From sequence record NC_041917.1: a stretch of DNA of 64,000 nucleotides; one strand, 5' to 3'. Below the pieces are notes generated by a model. It worked only from the letters and a program-made list of their open reading frames with translations, ran no database searches and had not been told where the DNA came from. A program made the position numbers and the translations under genes. Below, piece after piece: positions 28,535 through 37,260 of the stretch (the stretch's first letter is position 1; every line of letters starts with the position of its first letter).

Positions 28535-29093
28535 TACATTAAATCCATCAGGAAGTATCGAGTTGAACCTATTTTCATGGGAGATTCCAGAGAATCTTCC
28601 AGAACAAGAATTCAAATATGAAAAACCAAAAAAAGTACTTGAAAATATTCCATCTGAAATGGCTGAATTAGTCCAGAAAATGATTGATGAAGTTCAAAAG
28701 TACGATTCTCGTAGTGTTGTTGTTGATTATAAAGTTAGGAACCTTAAAGCTGGAGATACTGGTTCTAAAATCTATGGGTATCACTTGGACTGTTGTAATG
28801 ACATTCATGATGATTTTGAACCTGAAACCCATATTTTATTTGGTACAGTACAAGGTACTAGTTTTATTATGAATCCAATCAATGTTTCAATATACGACAC
28901 TGTTGATGATGTAATTAAAAACGAAGTACTTTTGGAATCAATATGTGCAACAAATACTGCACATAAGTACACTAGTAAAGTACTTCATAATTGTCCAATT
29001 ATTGAACACGATTGTCAACGAGTTTTGATTCGTGTAACTGCTGGATTCAAAGAAAGGATCAAAAATGCAAAAGCTAAACAACATCAAGTCTGA
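28518..29093 (+). CDS. 2OG-Fe(II) dioxygenase-like protein
   Basis: GYHLD...LHNCP...RVLIRV, resembling HxD...H...R of the DSBH fold. Confidence 0.45.
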   Translation: MNVDTNTLNPSGSIELNLFSWEIPENLPEQEFKYEKPKKVLENIPSEMAELVQKMIDEVQKYDSRSVVVDYKVRNLKAGDTGSKIYGYHLDCCNDIHDDFEPETHILFGTVQGTSFIMNPINVSIYDTVDDVIKNEVLLESICATNTAHKYTSKVLHNCPIIEHDCQRVLIRVTAGFKERIKNAKAKQHQV

Positions 29094-29469
29094 GTTATCA
29101 TCGGTTTATTTGAATGCAAAAGATTCAATTGAACGTTATAATATCCTAAATGAGATGGAAAAATACATGAATGAACTACGTACTAACTTTGTTGAAAAAT
29201 TAAACAAAGCTGAAGAACAAGGTCACGGTGTATTAGCACGACTACAAAATATCGTCGCAGAACATTGTATTCCAGAATATGATGTATCTGAGGTTATGCA
29301 TGATGAAACTGTATCGTTACGTCATGTAATTAATGAATTAGGTCTAGATTCTCTCGATGAAATTGAAATTATAATGTCTATTGAAGAATGTTTTGAGGTC
29401 GAATTGCCTGATTATGATCTAGAACTTTGTCAAACCATTAATGATGTAATTAAACTTATACAAAAATAA
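29065..29469 (+). CDS. Acyl carrier protein domain with N-terminal helical extension
   Basis: ELGLDSLDEIEIIMSIEECFEVELPD...TINDVI (DSL phosphopantetheine site). Confidence 0.85.
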   Translation: MQKLNNIKSELSSVYLNAKDSIERYNILNEMEKYMNELRTNFVEKLNKAEEQGHGVLARLQNIVAEHCIPEYDVSEVMHDETVSLRHVINELGLDSLDEIEIIMSIEECFEVELPDYDLELCQTINDVIKLIQK

Positions 29470-29476
29470 GTACATA

Positions 29477-29503
29477 AAACCCGCTACCAAAGGCGGGTTT
29501 TTT
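29477..29503 (+). terminator. Intrinsic terminator
   Basis: AAACCCGC-N8-GCGGGTTT plus T run. Confidence 0.8.
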
Positions 29504-29544
29504 CGTAAATATGGTATATACCTAAGCATTATTGAGGTGCAACC

Positions 29545-29910
29545 ATGTTAGAATTTATTAAGTTATACAAATGGCCTATCGGGTTAGCAGCATTCTTACT
29601 ATACACAGTACTAATGCTATTTTCTGGCTGGCAAGTACATACCTATTATGTTGGTTATCAACAAAATATTGAACAAAAAATAGAAAAGATAGTAGATAAT
29701 GGAGTTAGAAATTATCAACAAAATCAAGCTAAGGGTCTTGAAGATACAAAATCATTATTAGATAATGCTAGAGTTAATACAATTATTAAAGAACCAACAA
29801 TAATAAACCGACCAATCTATATGCAACAATGTATGGATCAAGCTGGTGTAGATTTGTTGAAACAATATAAATTGGACTCTAAAGCAGCAATAGAAGGAAC
29901 TAAAAAATGA
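29545..29910 (+). CDS. i-spanin (Rz-like)
   Basis: N-terminal TM then coiled periplasmic region; TAAATA upstream; overlaps a lipoprotein gene. Confidence 0.7.
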   Translation: MLEFIKLYKWPIGLAAFLLYTVLMLFSGWQVHTYYVGYQQNIEQKIEKIVDNGVRNYQQNQAKGLEDTKSLLDNARVNTIIKEPTIINRPIYMQQCMDQAGVDLLKQYKLDSKAAIEGTKK

Positions 29911-30218
29911 GAAAAATAAAATTATTCTTAATGGTTCTTGTTCTACTAATGACTGTACTTTTAAGTGCATGTAGTACGATTCCGGTTCAAACTAAACCTA
30001 TTATAGAACAGCAATCATTACTTAAAAAATGTACTACTGATACACCATTACCTACCCAATTTGTCCTTGACGAAAAAGGTCAACCAGTGTATACTGGACA
30101 GGAATTATACAAAACGCTTCGTGACTGGCAGACAGTTTACAATGACTGTGCGAGTACACATAATAAGCTAGTTGATACAATCAACGGGCTACAAGAGATG
30201 AAAGAAGTTAAGAAATAA
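29907..30218 (+). CDS. o-spanin (Rz1-like lipoprotein)
   Basis: Lipobox LLSAC, Pro-rich, YNDCASTHNKLV. Confidence 0.75.
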   Translation: MRKIKLFLMVLVLLMTVLLSACSTIPVQTKPIIEQQSLLKKCTTDTPLPTQFVLDEKGQPVYTGQELYKTLRDWQTVYNDCASTHNKLVDTINGLQEMKEVKK

Positions 30219-30219
30219 C

Positions 30220-30247
30220 TTGACATTATTGAAAAATTTGCTAAAAT
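30220..30247 (+). promoter_or_regulatory. Sigma70-type promoter
   Basis: TTGACA-N16-TAAAAT. Confidence 0.55.
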
Positions 30248-30292
30248 AAAGGAAATCGTGAGGTTTCCTTTTTTCGTTTGTGGAGTTAGATC

Positions 30293-30682
30293 ATGTTGAA
30301 AGATTTAGAATTTTCTGGTTTAGAAGTTATTAGTGCTACAAAAAACATCAATGACTACGATACAGAAAAAGATTTTATTATTGCTATTACTATGGTACGC
30401 AATGAAGATTCTTATTCACATTTGACTGGAATTGAAAAATTAATACATGAAACTAACCTACAAAATGATAACAAATATATTAAGTTAAGTTGTACATATC
30501 GTACAAATGATAAGGGACAAATAGTTCTTCCTATCAAAATTGCATACAATGGTAGTACTGAGAAGTACTCTAAACGTGCATACTATGATCGTGATTTAAC
30601 CCCCGATTTGTTTGAAGATATTGCATTTATTGATGATTTCTTTGAACGCACACCAACTGAAATTAAACGTTTATATATGTGA
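30293..30682 (+). CDS. Hypothetical protein
   Basis: GGAG RBS, 129 aa. Confidence 0.7.
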   Translation: MLKDLEFSGLEVISATKNINDYDTEKDFIIAITMVRNEDSYSHLTGIEKLIHETNLQNDNKYIKLSCTYRTNDKGQIVLPIKIAYNGSTEKYSKRAYYDRDLTPDLFEDIAFIDDFFERTPTEIKRLYM

Positions 30683-30689
30683 GGAAATA

Positions 30690-30947
30690 ATGAACGATGT
30701 ATATTATCGTATTATCCGTTCATACGAGGATGATGAACTACTTCGAGTAGTAACTATGCAAGATTTTGATGAATATGATTATGACCATAGTCGTTTTCTA
30801 TGTGCTAAAGGAACAAATGAACGTTTACAATTTAGTACTGAAGAAAAAGCTATCAAATTCTTAAATGATAATATCAATCTAGAAAATATTGATCCAGAGT
30901 TTAGGGTAAAGACTCAGAATTATAATGACAAATTCTATAAAGATTGA
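30690..30947 (+). CDS. Hypothetical protein
   Basis: GAGG RBS before ATG 30690. Confidence 0.7.
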   Translation: MNDVYYRIIRSYEDDELLRVVTMQDFDEYDYDHSRFLCAKGTNERLQFSTEEKAIKFLNDNINLENIDPEFRVKTQNYNDKFYKD

Positions 30948-30952
30948 AATAA

Positions 30953-30982
30953 GTGAAACACATTAAAAAAATGTGGTATAAT
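30953..30982 (+). promoter_or_regulatory. Promoter of the TGAAAC...TGGTATAAT class, driving the large ncRNA candidate
   Basis: GTGAAAC-N17-TATAAT with extended -10 TGTGG. Confidence 0.75.
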
Positions 30983-30984
30983 AT

Positions 30985-31452
30985 GTATGAAGACCTGAAA
31001 AGGTACTTCATACAACTCTGATTGATCCGTTTTACGGAATAGTTTAAGCCTGACCTCGTTGAAAATGTAAACAGCAGATGAGTAGTTCAATCAGTACGAG
31101 TGCAAAAGAAACCCGTTAGGAGATGGCATAGTTTGTACCACCCACGGCAATGCGGCACTATAAATACGTCCTTGATATGAACGTACTAGATAGACATATG
31201 AGATGCATACTCACCTATTAAAAGGGAGATATTCTACGGAATATCAATAGTATTTGTTGCTGAATTAGCGAGTACTATATGCGAAGGAATGAGAAATCTT
31301 CGACCGTTGTATGCGACTGTAGTAACTGGAAACCGGACAACCCGCCAGTGTAGCTACAAATATTAGACAATATAGATCCGTCTAAAATTTGAGTTAATCT
31401 ACAAATTCAGAGGTAAGACTACCACCGTCAGATATTATTCTGACTTTTTTTT
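30985..31452 (+). ncRNA. Candidate ~465-nt highly structured non-coding RNA (unassigned)
   Basis: No ORF of 60 aa or more on either strand; promoter at the 5' end, terminator GTCAGA-N6-TCTGAC-T8 at the 3' end; many hairpins including GAAA, GAGA and cUACGg loops. Confidence 0.7.
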
Positions 31453-31604
31453 CGTTCCCCTGTTGCGGGGGGATGCAAATGGATCAACAAACCCCGTCAG
31501 TATAATAGTATTGAACGTACTTAAATACATTGATGATGAATGGAAATTATTCGAGTTCGTCAGAACGAGAAGAATTGAACATTCTTGACTAACGGAGTTA
31601 GGCA

Positions 31605-31979
31605 ATGACCCTTTCAGAAAACAAGTACTTCGAACAGATTATGACAAAGTACTTTTTAATATTAATTGAGCAAGACCTGTATCAATACAGGGGAAATACA
31701 TTATTCATAGATAAATCATCTCAGGATGATAGAACTCTTGGCATTTATAATGCTATGTGTGATATGGCATATATTGGTGAAAATATTGTATGTGTTAATT
31801 TTGATAAAGCATTTCCAATTAAACACTTGGATAAATTGCACTTTTTTATTGGAAATAATGCATATTACTTAAATCCAGTGCCATGTGATTTTTTGTTTAT
31901 TTTTGACGCAGTAAAAAATCGTGAGGAATTAAATAAAATCATTAATTTTTACAATCCTAAATTTATTTTTTACTGCTAG
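31605..31979 (+). CDS. Hypothetical protein
   Basis: GGAG RBS, 124 aa. Confidence 0.65.
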   Translation: MTLSENKYFEQIMTKYFLILIEQDLYQYRGNTLFIDKSSQDDRTLGIYNAMCDMAYIGENIVCVNFDKAFPIKHLDKLHFFIGNNAYYLNPVPCDFLFIFDAVKNREELNKIINFYNPKFIFYC

Positions 31980-32006
31980 TAAATACAGTATCAATAATTA
32001 AAAAGG

Positions 32007-32459
32007 ATGATGATTATGAGTGAACCTTTTGATCCTAATGACATACGTAGTATGATTGATTATGTAGAAACAACCGAAGACAATGCTCACGAAGATGTAC
32101 TAATCAAATTCGTAGAGAACAGTCTATTCCTAGAAGCCCAAGCACACCATTGGCACTTACAATGTAAGTACTATTCAAAACATATGGAACTCGATGAATT
32201 TTACAAAGAGCTTCCTGAATTTGTTGATTCCTTTATAGAAGGAATGATGGCAGAACGTGGACCAATATTCAGTACTGGAACATCTTATGTATTTCAACCA
32301 TTAGAGGCAGCAATTCCTATATTGGAAGAATATGTACAACATTGTAACAAGATTCATGAAATATTGGATTCACTTGATGAATTTGGGTCTGTTAACACAC
32401 TAGAAGATATTATTAGTTTTGTTAACAGCATATTATATAAACTTAAAGTACTACAATAA
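32007..32459 (+). CDS. Dps/ferritin-like protein
   Basis: AQAHHWHLQCKYYSKHMELDEFY...FVDSFIEG...YKLK. Confidence 0.75.
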   Translation: MMIMSEPFDPNDIRSMIDYVETTEDNAHEDVLIKFVENSLFLEAQAHHWHLQCKYYSKHMELDEFYKELPEFVDSFIEGMMAERGPIFSTGTSYVFQPLEAAIPILEEYVQHCNKIHEILDSLDEFGSVNTLEDIISFVNSILYKLKVLQ

Positions 32460-32464
32460 TCAAT

Positions 32465-32492
32465 AAGGACACATTTTGTGTCCTTTCTTTTT
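32465..32492 (+). terminator. Intrinsic terminator; near-identical copy at 33030-33054
   Basis: AAGGACAC-loop-GTGTCCTT at both sites. Confidence 0.75.
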
Positions 32493-32503
32493 AGGAGAAA
32501 TTT

Positions 32504-33031
32504 ATGTTCAATGTAATAATCAATACCCACGATTCATATTGGGATTGCGACGATTGTGGTTGTTCAGGTTCTGAAATCATTAGTTTCAATTCTGAAGAAT
32601 TGTGAGAATTCTATGATGGGGATGCTGCATATTGCTATGGTTCTAATAGTGGATCTATGATAACAGTACTTCGTGAATTAAACAGACGTTTAGCAGATAA
32701 GGGAATAAATGTGAAGCTTAAAGAACATGGTGACGAATATGATAAAGCAGAAGATGCTTTCTATAGTATTCTACGAGATTTAGATTGGGCAAATCGTGAT
32801 ATTTGGACTGATGAACAAAAACGTATTCATGAAGAATATTGTACATTAGACGAAGAATATGAAGCGTTTTATCGGGAAGAAAATCTATCCAAGTACTATG
32901 AGCAATTCGGAGTATCACTTTCTTTTACATCATCGTATGATGAATTTGATGAACAAGACCAGTACTATGAAGATACGTTTGACAGTGGGTATAGTACGGA
33001 CGAATCTTATGATTCAGATGAAGACAAATAA
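32504..33031 (+). pseudogene. Acidic hypothetical protein interrupted by an in-frame TGA at 32603-32605
   Basis: AGGAGA RBS and ATG 32504 are in frame with ORF 32657..33031; a single TGA lies in ...EEL*EFYDG... Confidence 0.5.
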
Positions 33032-33067
33032 GGACACTATGTGTCCTTTTTTTTATTGGAGAAAGAT

Positions 33068-33547
33068 ATGCGACCATTAATTGCAATATGTATAGAAGAT
33101 GATCAAGGGGGGACTTTTTATCATAATCCAACCATTATTAACTCATATCAAGATGCAGTTAAATTTCAATTAGAAAATGATGTTAAATTTGATGGATATA
33201 TTGAGTTTCTATTATATCCTGAGAATTTAGATTTAAATGAAGTAATTGAAAATATTGAATATTGTTATAGTGATTATGATGACTATTTTGATCTAGAAGA
33301 ATTAACTCGATATTTTAATCTTACAGCACCTTTGTATAAAGATGGTACTGTAGCTAAAATTGGTGATAGTGTGATTATATACTCTGAAGATTTATTATGG
33401 GGATATATGACAAAAAATGTACCATTGTATGGTACGGTAACTAATATTGATAACTTGTACAGAATTCAATTCAAAATTGAACCGTATGAAAAGGAAATGT
33501 GTTTAGACCATTTTCGTGTGAATAAATTGGGAGAAAATAATGAATAA
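33068..33547 (+). CDS. Hypothetical protein
   Basis: GGAG RBS before ATG 33068. Confidence 0.7.
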   Translation: MRPLIAICIEDDQGGTFYHNPTIINSYQDAVKFQLENDVKFDGYIEFLLYPENLDLNEVIENIEYCYSDYDDYFDLEELTRYFNLTAPLYKDGTVAKIGDSVIIYSEDLLWGYMTKNVPLYGTVTNIDNLYRIQFKIEPYEKEMCLDHFRVNKLGENNE

Positions 33548-33935
33548 ATTATATGAATTTTATCTAGACTGTGGTAGAATGGGTGACTTATCCGGTCTAT
33601 TTGTAGCAACTGAAGATGAACTAAGAGCACTTCAAGGCTCTACTATTTGGTTCGGTGAAGCCCTTGGTAAGCATTCAGAAGTGTGGATTGATGAATTCAA
33701 ATTCGAAGATTATTGTGAAGTTAAATGTGATGATCAAGAAAAAGTTGAATGGTTGGCTGGTCTATTGGGATACACATTATCTGGTTATAATCCATTGGAT
33801 TATTTCTATATTGAAGAACAAAGTGAATATCAAGAAGGTAAAGATTCAGAAGACGGTGAAGAAAATCCGTATGATGCAACTGAAGAACCAGGAGCACATA
33901 TTCGTTGGAAATTAGGTTCAAAAGATAAAAAATAA
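33540..33935 (+). CDS. Hypothetical phage protein
   Basis: GGAG RBS; DCGRMGDLSGLFVAT...FGEALGKHSEV. Confidence 0.75.
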   Translation: MNKLYEFYLDCGRMGDLSGLFVATEDELRALQGSTIWFGEALGKHSEVWIDEFKFEDYCEVKCDDQEKVEWLAGLLGYTLSGYNPLDYFYIEEQSEYQEGKDSEDGEENPYDATEEPGAHIRWKLGSKDKK

Positions 33936-33948
33936 GGAAGTTTGTTGT

Positions 33949-34455
33949 ATGAAGATTAAAGATGGATATTTCTTTTTTTGGGGAAATGAAGATTACATGT
34001 CAAATTGGCACAAAGCGTCATTTGAATTGCATGGAATTACATTCAACTGCTCAGAACAATACATGATGTATGCAAAAGCAATGGTATTCAATGACACTAT
34101 TATTGCTAATAAAGTACTTGAGACTAGTTCTCAATCTAAACAAAAAGCATTAGGTCGGCAAGTAAGTAATTATGATGATGAAATTTGGAATGAAGTACGT
34201 TTTGAAATTGTCTATGATGCTTGCCTAGCTAAATTTTCACAGAATGAAAAACTCAAAGAACAACTTCTAAGTACTGGTAATCTACATCTAGTAGAAGCAT
34301 CACCATATGATAAGATTTGGGGTATTGGTATGAAAGATGACCATCCAGATGCAACTAATCCTGAAAAATGGGATGGTTTAAATCTATTAGGTGAAGTACT
34401 AATGAAAGTTCGTGATACTCTAAAGGTAACCACATATGAGCAAAAACTTTACTAA
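33949..34455 (+). CDS. NADAR (YbiA-like) family protein
   Basis: SEQYMMYAKA, KALGRQV, AKFSQN, LVEASPYDKIWGIG, GLNLLGEVLMKVR. Confidence 0.93.
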   Translation: MKIKDGYFFFWGNEDYMSNWHKASFELHGITFNCSEQYMMYAKAMVFNDTIIANKVLETSSQSKQKALGRQVSNYDDEIWNEVRFEIVYDACLAKFSQNEKLKEQLLSTGNLHLVEASPYDKIWGIGMKDDHPDATNPEKWDGLNLLGEVLMKVRDTLKVTTYEQKLY

Positions 34456-34672
34456 ACAAGAAACTTTTTATATTAACAATCGTTTTCTTAAAACATTAGC
34501 AATAAAGTTATTACGTCAAAAACCAGAAACAAGGTCTGAACAAGATCGTGAAGATTTTTGGTACGTATTTCATAAGTTAAATCCAGGTTATCTCGGACGT
34601 GATTTAACATTACGTGCACGAGTAGAATCATTTGTACTTTATAGTTCAATACGTGTGGAAGTGAACGATTAA
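34436..34672 (+). CDS. Hypothetical protein
   Basis: 78-aa coupled ORF. Confidence 0.55.
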   Translation: MSKNFTKQETFYINNRFLKTLAIKLLRQKPETRSEQDREDFWYVFHKLNPGYLGRDLTLRARVESFVLYSSIRVEVND

Positions 34673-34697
34673 CCTAAACAAATAACAAGGATGTTAT

Positions 34698-35279
34698 ATG
34701 GCAAAATTATATTTTAGATATAGTACAATGAATGCAGGTAAAAGTGCTAGTCTATTACAAACAGCATTCAATTACAAAGAACTAGGTTATAAAGTTTTGA
34801 TTTTTACATCAGCTTTAGATGATCGTTATGGGTATGGTAAAGTAACTTCTAGGATAGGGATTGATGCAGATGCCATTATTATTCCTAAAGATAACAATGA
34901 CGTATTAAATGATGCTAAGATTACTATCAGGGCATTAGGAATAAAAGCAGTATTTGTGGATGAATGTCAGTTTCTTAGTACTGAACAAGTGGATATATTA
35001 GGTCAAATGGTTGATGAATTGAACGTAACTGTATTTTGTTATGGTATACGTACTAATTTTGAATCTAATTTGTTTAGTGGTTCAAAACGTTTATTTGAAG
35101 TTGCTGACTGTATCGAAGAATTACGAAATCTTTGTCAATGTGGTAAGAAGTCCACCATGAATGCCAGATTAGTTAACAGTACTGAACAAGTACTTATTGG
35201 TGGTAATGATATGTACAAGAGTATGTGCAGAAAATGTTACTTAGAATTTACAAAGAAAAAGCTTGACAGCGGAGAATAA
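34698..35279 (+). CDS. tdk: Thymidine kinase
   Basis: YSTMNAGKSASLL, VFVDECQFL, YGIRTNF, CQCG...Y...CRKC. Confidence 0.96.
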   Translation: MAKLYFRYSTMNAGKSASLLQTAFNYKELGYKVLIFTSALDDRYGYGKVTSRIGIDADAIIIPKDNNDVLNDAKITIRALGIKAVFVDECQFLSTEQVDILGQMVDELNVTVFCYGIRTNFESNLFSGSKRLFEVADCIEELRNLCQCGKKSTMNARLVNSTEQVLIGGNDMYKSMCRKCYLEFTKKKLDSGE

Positions 35280-35291
35280 AATCGGTAAAAT
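35263..35291 (+). promoter_or_regulatory. Sigma70-type promoter
   Basis: TTGACA-N17-TAAAAT. Confidence 0.7.
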
Positions 35292-35320
35292 GTGGACATG
35301 AACTAACAGAGGTGATTTAA

Positions 35321-35821
35321 ATGACAATCGCATTAATTATAGCAGTAATCATATCTGCTATTTGGTTTTGGTGTTTTTCCGCTCGTGCTGGTTGGTATGG
35401 TGTCCACATTGAACGTAAGTATAAGCTTAAATTTGATGAAGATGCTTCATCCCAATTACTACGAATAATTGCACGTTATCGGGCAGGTGAATTTTTAGTA
35501 GAGAAAAGTATGTACGGTGAAAATTTATTATTCACTAAACCTGTAAAATCTTCTAATACAATCACTGAGTATAGTGAAAGTAAGTACTTTATTAATATTG
35601 AAAAACCTTTTTCACGTTCATTTGGATGGGTTTCTGATGAATCACATTTAAGTGCATGGATTTCTGAAAGAAGCGATGAATATAAAGGTGCTATTAATAA
35701 TGACGCATTTGATGCTTTAATAGAAGTACTTGTAGAAATTTCTCCTGAAACAATTGGTGTTGATATTTCTGGAAACCGCCGATTCCGTAAATCGAAAAAC
35801 GAGGAAGTACAATTATCATGA
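35321..35821 (+). CDS. Membrane-anchored hypothetical protein
   Basis: N-terminal TM; GAGGT RBS. Confidence 0.7.
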   Translation: MTIALIIAVIISAIWFWCFSARAGWYGVHIERKYKLKFDEDASSQLLRIIARYRAGEFLVEKSMYGENLLFTKPVKSSNTITEYSESKYFINIEKPFSRSFGWVSDESHLSAWISERSDEYKGAINNDAFDALIEVLVEISPETIGVDISGNRRFRKSKNEEVQLS

Positions 35822-36417
35822 TTATTGATGCAAGTCTCGTAATTGGGTTGATAGCAACTCATATTATTGCTGCCGTAGCACCTATGGTTATACGTGAACA
35901 ATACCGAATGGCTAAAAATGGTCTTCAGTTAAAGAAACTTGCTGCACAGCAAGCTGCATTAGCTGAACTTCGGAAACCATCTAATCCATTACAGGCAGGT
36001 TTAGTTACAGAAGATATTGAATCTGTTGTAATGACTGAAGATGAACATTTTGATCATTTAAAACGTTTATATCCTAATGCATGGAAAGAATATAGTGAAC
36101 GAAATAGTAAACCAATCTTTAGTCGTGGTGACCGTTATATTATGCGATTAATACTTGCATATGAGCGAGGTGATCTTACTGCAACTGTTGATGAATATAA
36201 TATCAATTTTTCAAATGGTGATAAAGTTTGGATAGCAAACAAATATCATGGGTATGGACGGTTGTATAAATCGGATCATAATCCGCATTGTGTGTTTGAT
36301 AATAATTTTATTGTAAGTCCATATACATTTATGCGAATTGTAGATATTGAAGAAAAAATTGCAGAACCTATTTTACATTTAACTCCAATTAAGGTACTTA
36401 ATAATGTCGGTATCTAA
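35818..36417 (+). CDS. Membrane-anchored hypothetical protein
   Basis: N-terminal hydrophobic segment; coupled ORF. Confidence 0.7.
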   Translation: MIIDASLVIGLIATHIIAAVAPMVIREQYRMAKNGLQLKKLAAQQAALAELRKPSNPLQAGLVTEDIESVVMTEDEHFDHLKRLYPNAWKEYSERNSKPIFSRGDRYIMRLILAYERGDLTATVDEYNINFSNGDKVWIANKYHGYGRLYKSDHNPHCVFDNNFIVSPYTFMRIVDIEEKIAEPILHLTPIKVLNNVGI

Positions 36418-36937
36418 ATCAGATTTTGAACGAATTTATCAAGATTGTGAAACTATTGAAGAATGGCATACCCGTAGTACACCACTCATCAATGAAATTA
36501 AAACGACTTCAACTGAACTTGAGCTTGATGAATTATCATCGTGGTTACAAGTTATGTATCAACGTTTGTCATTGAAACAACCAGTACAACATGAATTTTA
36601 TAAAGAAGTAAATTCTGTAAAAACTTCTTATTGTACTATTCATATGGCTGGTGATTATGATACAGCAGTTTCACATGCACGTGAATATACGTTCAATCAT
36701 GGGGCATGTTTCCAAATCACTAAATGCGATTATGTATATACTGGCGGTAAAGAATCTGGAATTACTGCTCGTGTATTATGTTATCCTCGCTTCCCAAAAA
36801 CTGACCGTCAGTTACTTGATGAAGCTAAAGAGTTTGCATTTGGTTTAGCTGAAAAACTTTGTCAAAAGAGCTTTACAATTGAAACCAGTACTGATACAAT
36901 ATATTTCCAAAGCAATAAGAATTTACATGGGAAATAA
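36404..36937 (+). CDS. Hypothetical phage protein
   Basis: 177 aa; YVYTGGKESG...YPRFP. Confidence 0.7.
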   Translation: MSVSKSDFERIYQDCETIEEWHTRSTPLINEIKTTSTELELDELSSWLQVMYQRLSLKQPVQHEFYKEVNSVKTSYCTIHMAGDYDTAVSHAREYTFNHGACFQITKCDYVYTGGKESGITARVLCYPRFPKTDRQLLDEAKEFAFGLAEKLCQKSFTIETSTDTIYFQSNKNLHGK

Positions 36938-36938
36938 T

Positions 36939-37259
36939 ATGAAACATCCATATGACGGTGAAATAAAATCATGTCCATTTTGTGGACATGAACCATTACG
37001 TGATAATTTGATTGATAGTTTACATCCAACTGGTATGGAATGGTTTAAATGCCCATTGTTAGATATTCAATTGTACGGAGAAGATTTGGACTGTACTCAT
37101 AGTGCAATCAATCCAGAAGTATATGTATTGAAACATGATGTTACTGAACGTGGAAAGTTCTGGACATTTAGTTGTTTAGAATCTGAAGGTGGATGTAGTT
37201 GTACTTTTTTTGGTACTTCTATTGATGATGTAATGAATAAGTGGAACAAGAGGATTTAA
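36939..37259 (+). CDS. Lar-like (restriction alleviation family) Zn-finger protein
   Basis: IKSCPFCG...GGCSC...KWNKR. Confidence 0.5.
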   Translation: MKHPYDGEIKSCPFCGHEPLRDNLIDSLHPTGMEWFKCPLLDIQLYGEDLDCTHSAINPEVYVLKHDVTERGKFWTFSCLESEGGCSCTFFGTSIDDVMNKWNKRI

Positions 37260-37260
37260 C

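Noticed and set aside
31360-31425. AATATAGATCC and TTCAGAG...AGACTA resembling group I intron S and R elements
   Set aside because: Order is reversed relative to group I introns, no interrupted host gene flanks the region, and I could not build P3/P7. Left to an Infernal search.
31022-31487. Long-range helix TTGATCCGT / ATGGATCAA
   Set aside because: The 3' partner lies downstream of the predicted terminator (31452) and the 5' side has a competing local hairpin.
35321-36417. Possible paralogy of two adjacent membrane-anchored proteins
   Set aside because: Only a short R.I..Y..G resemblance; too weak without a profile alignment.
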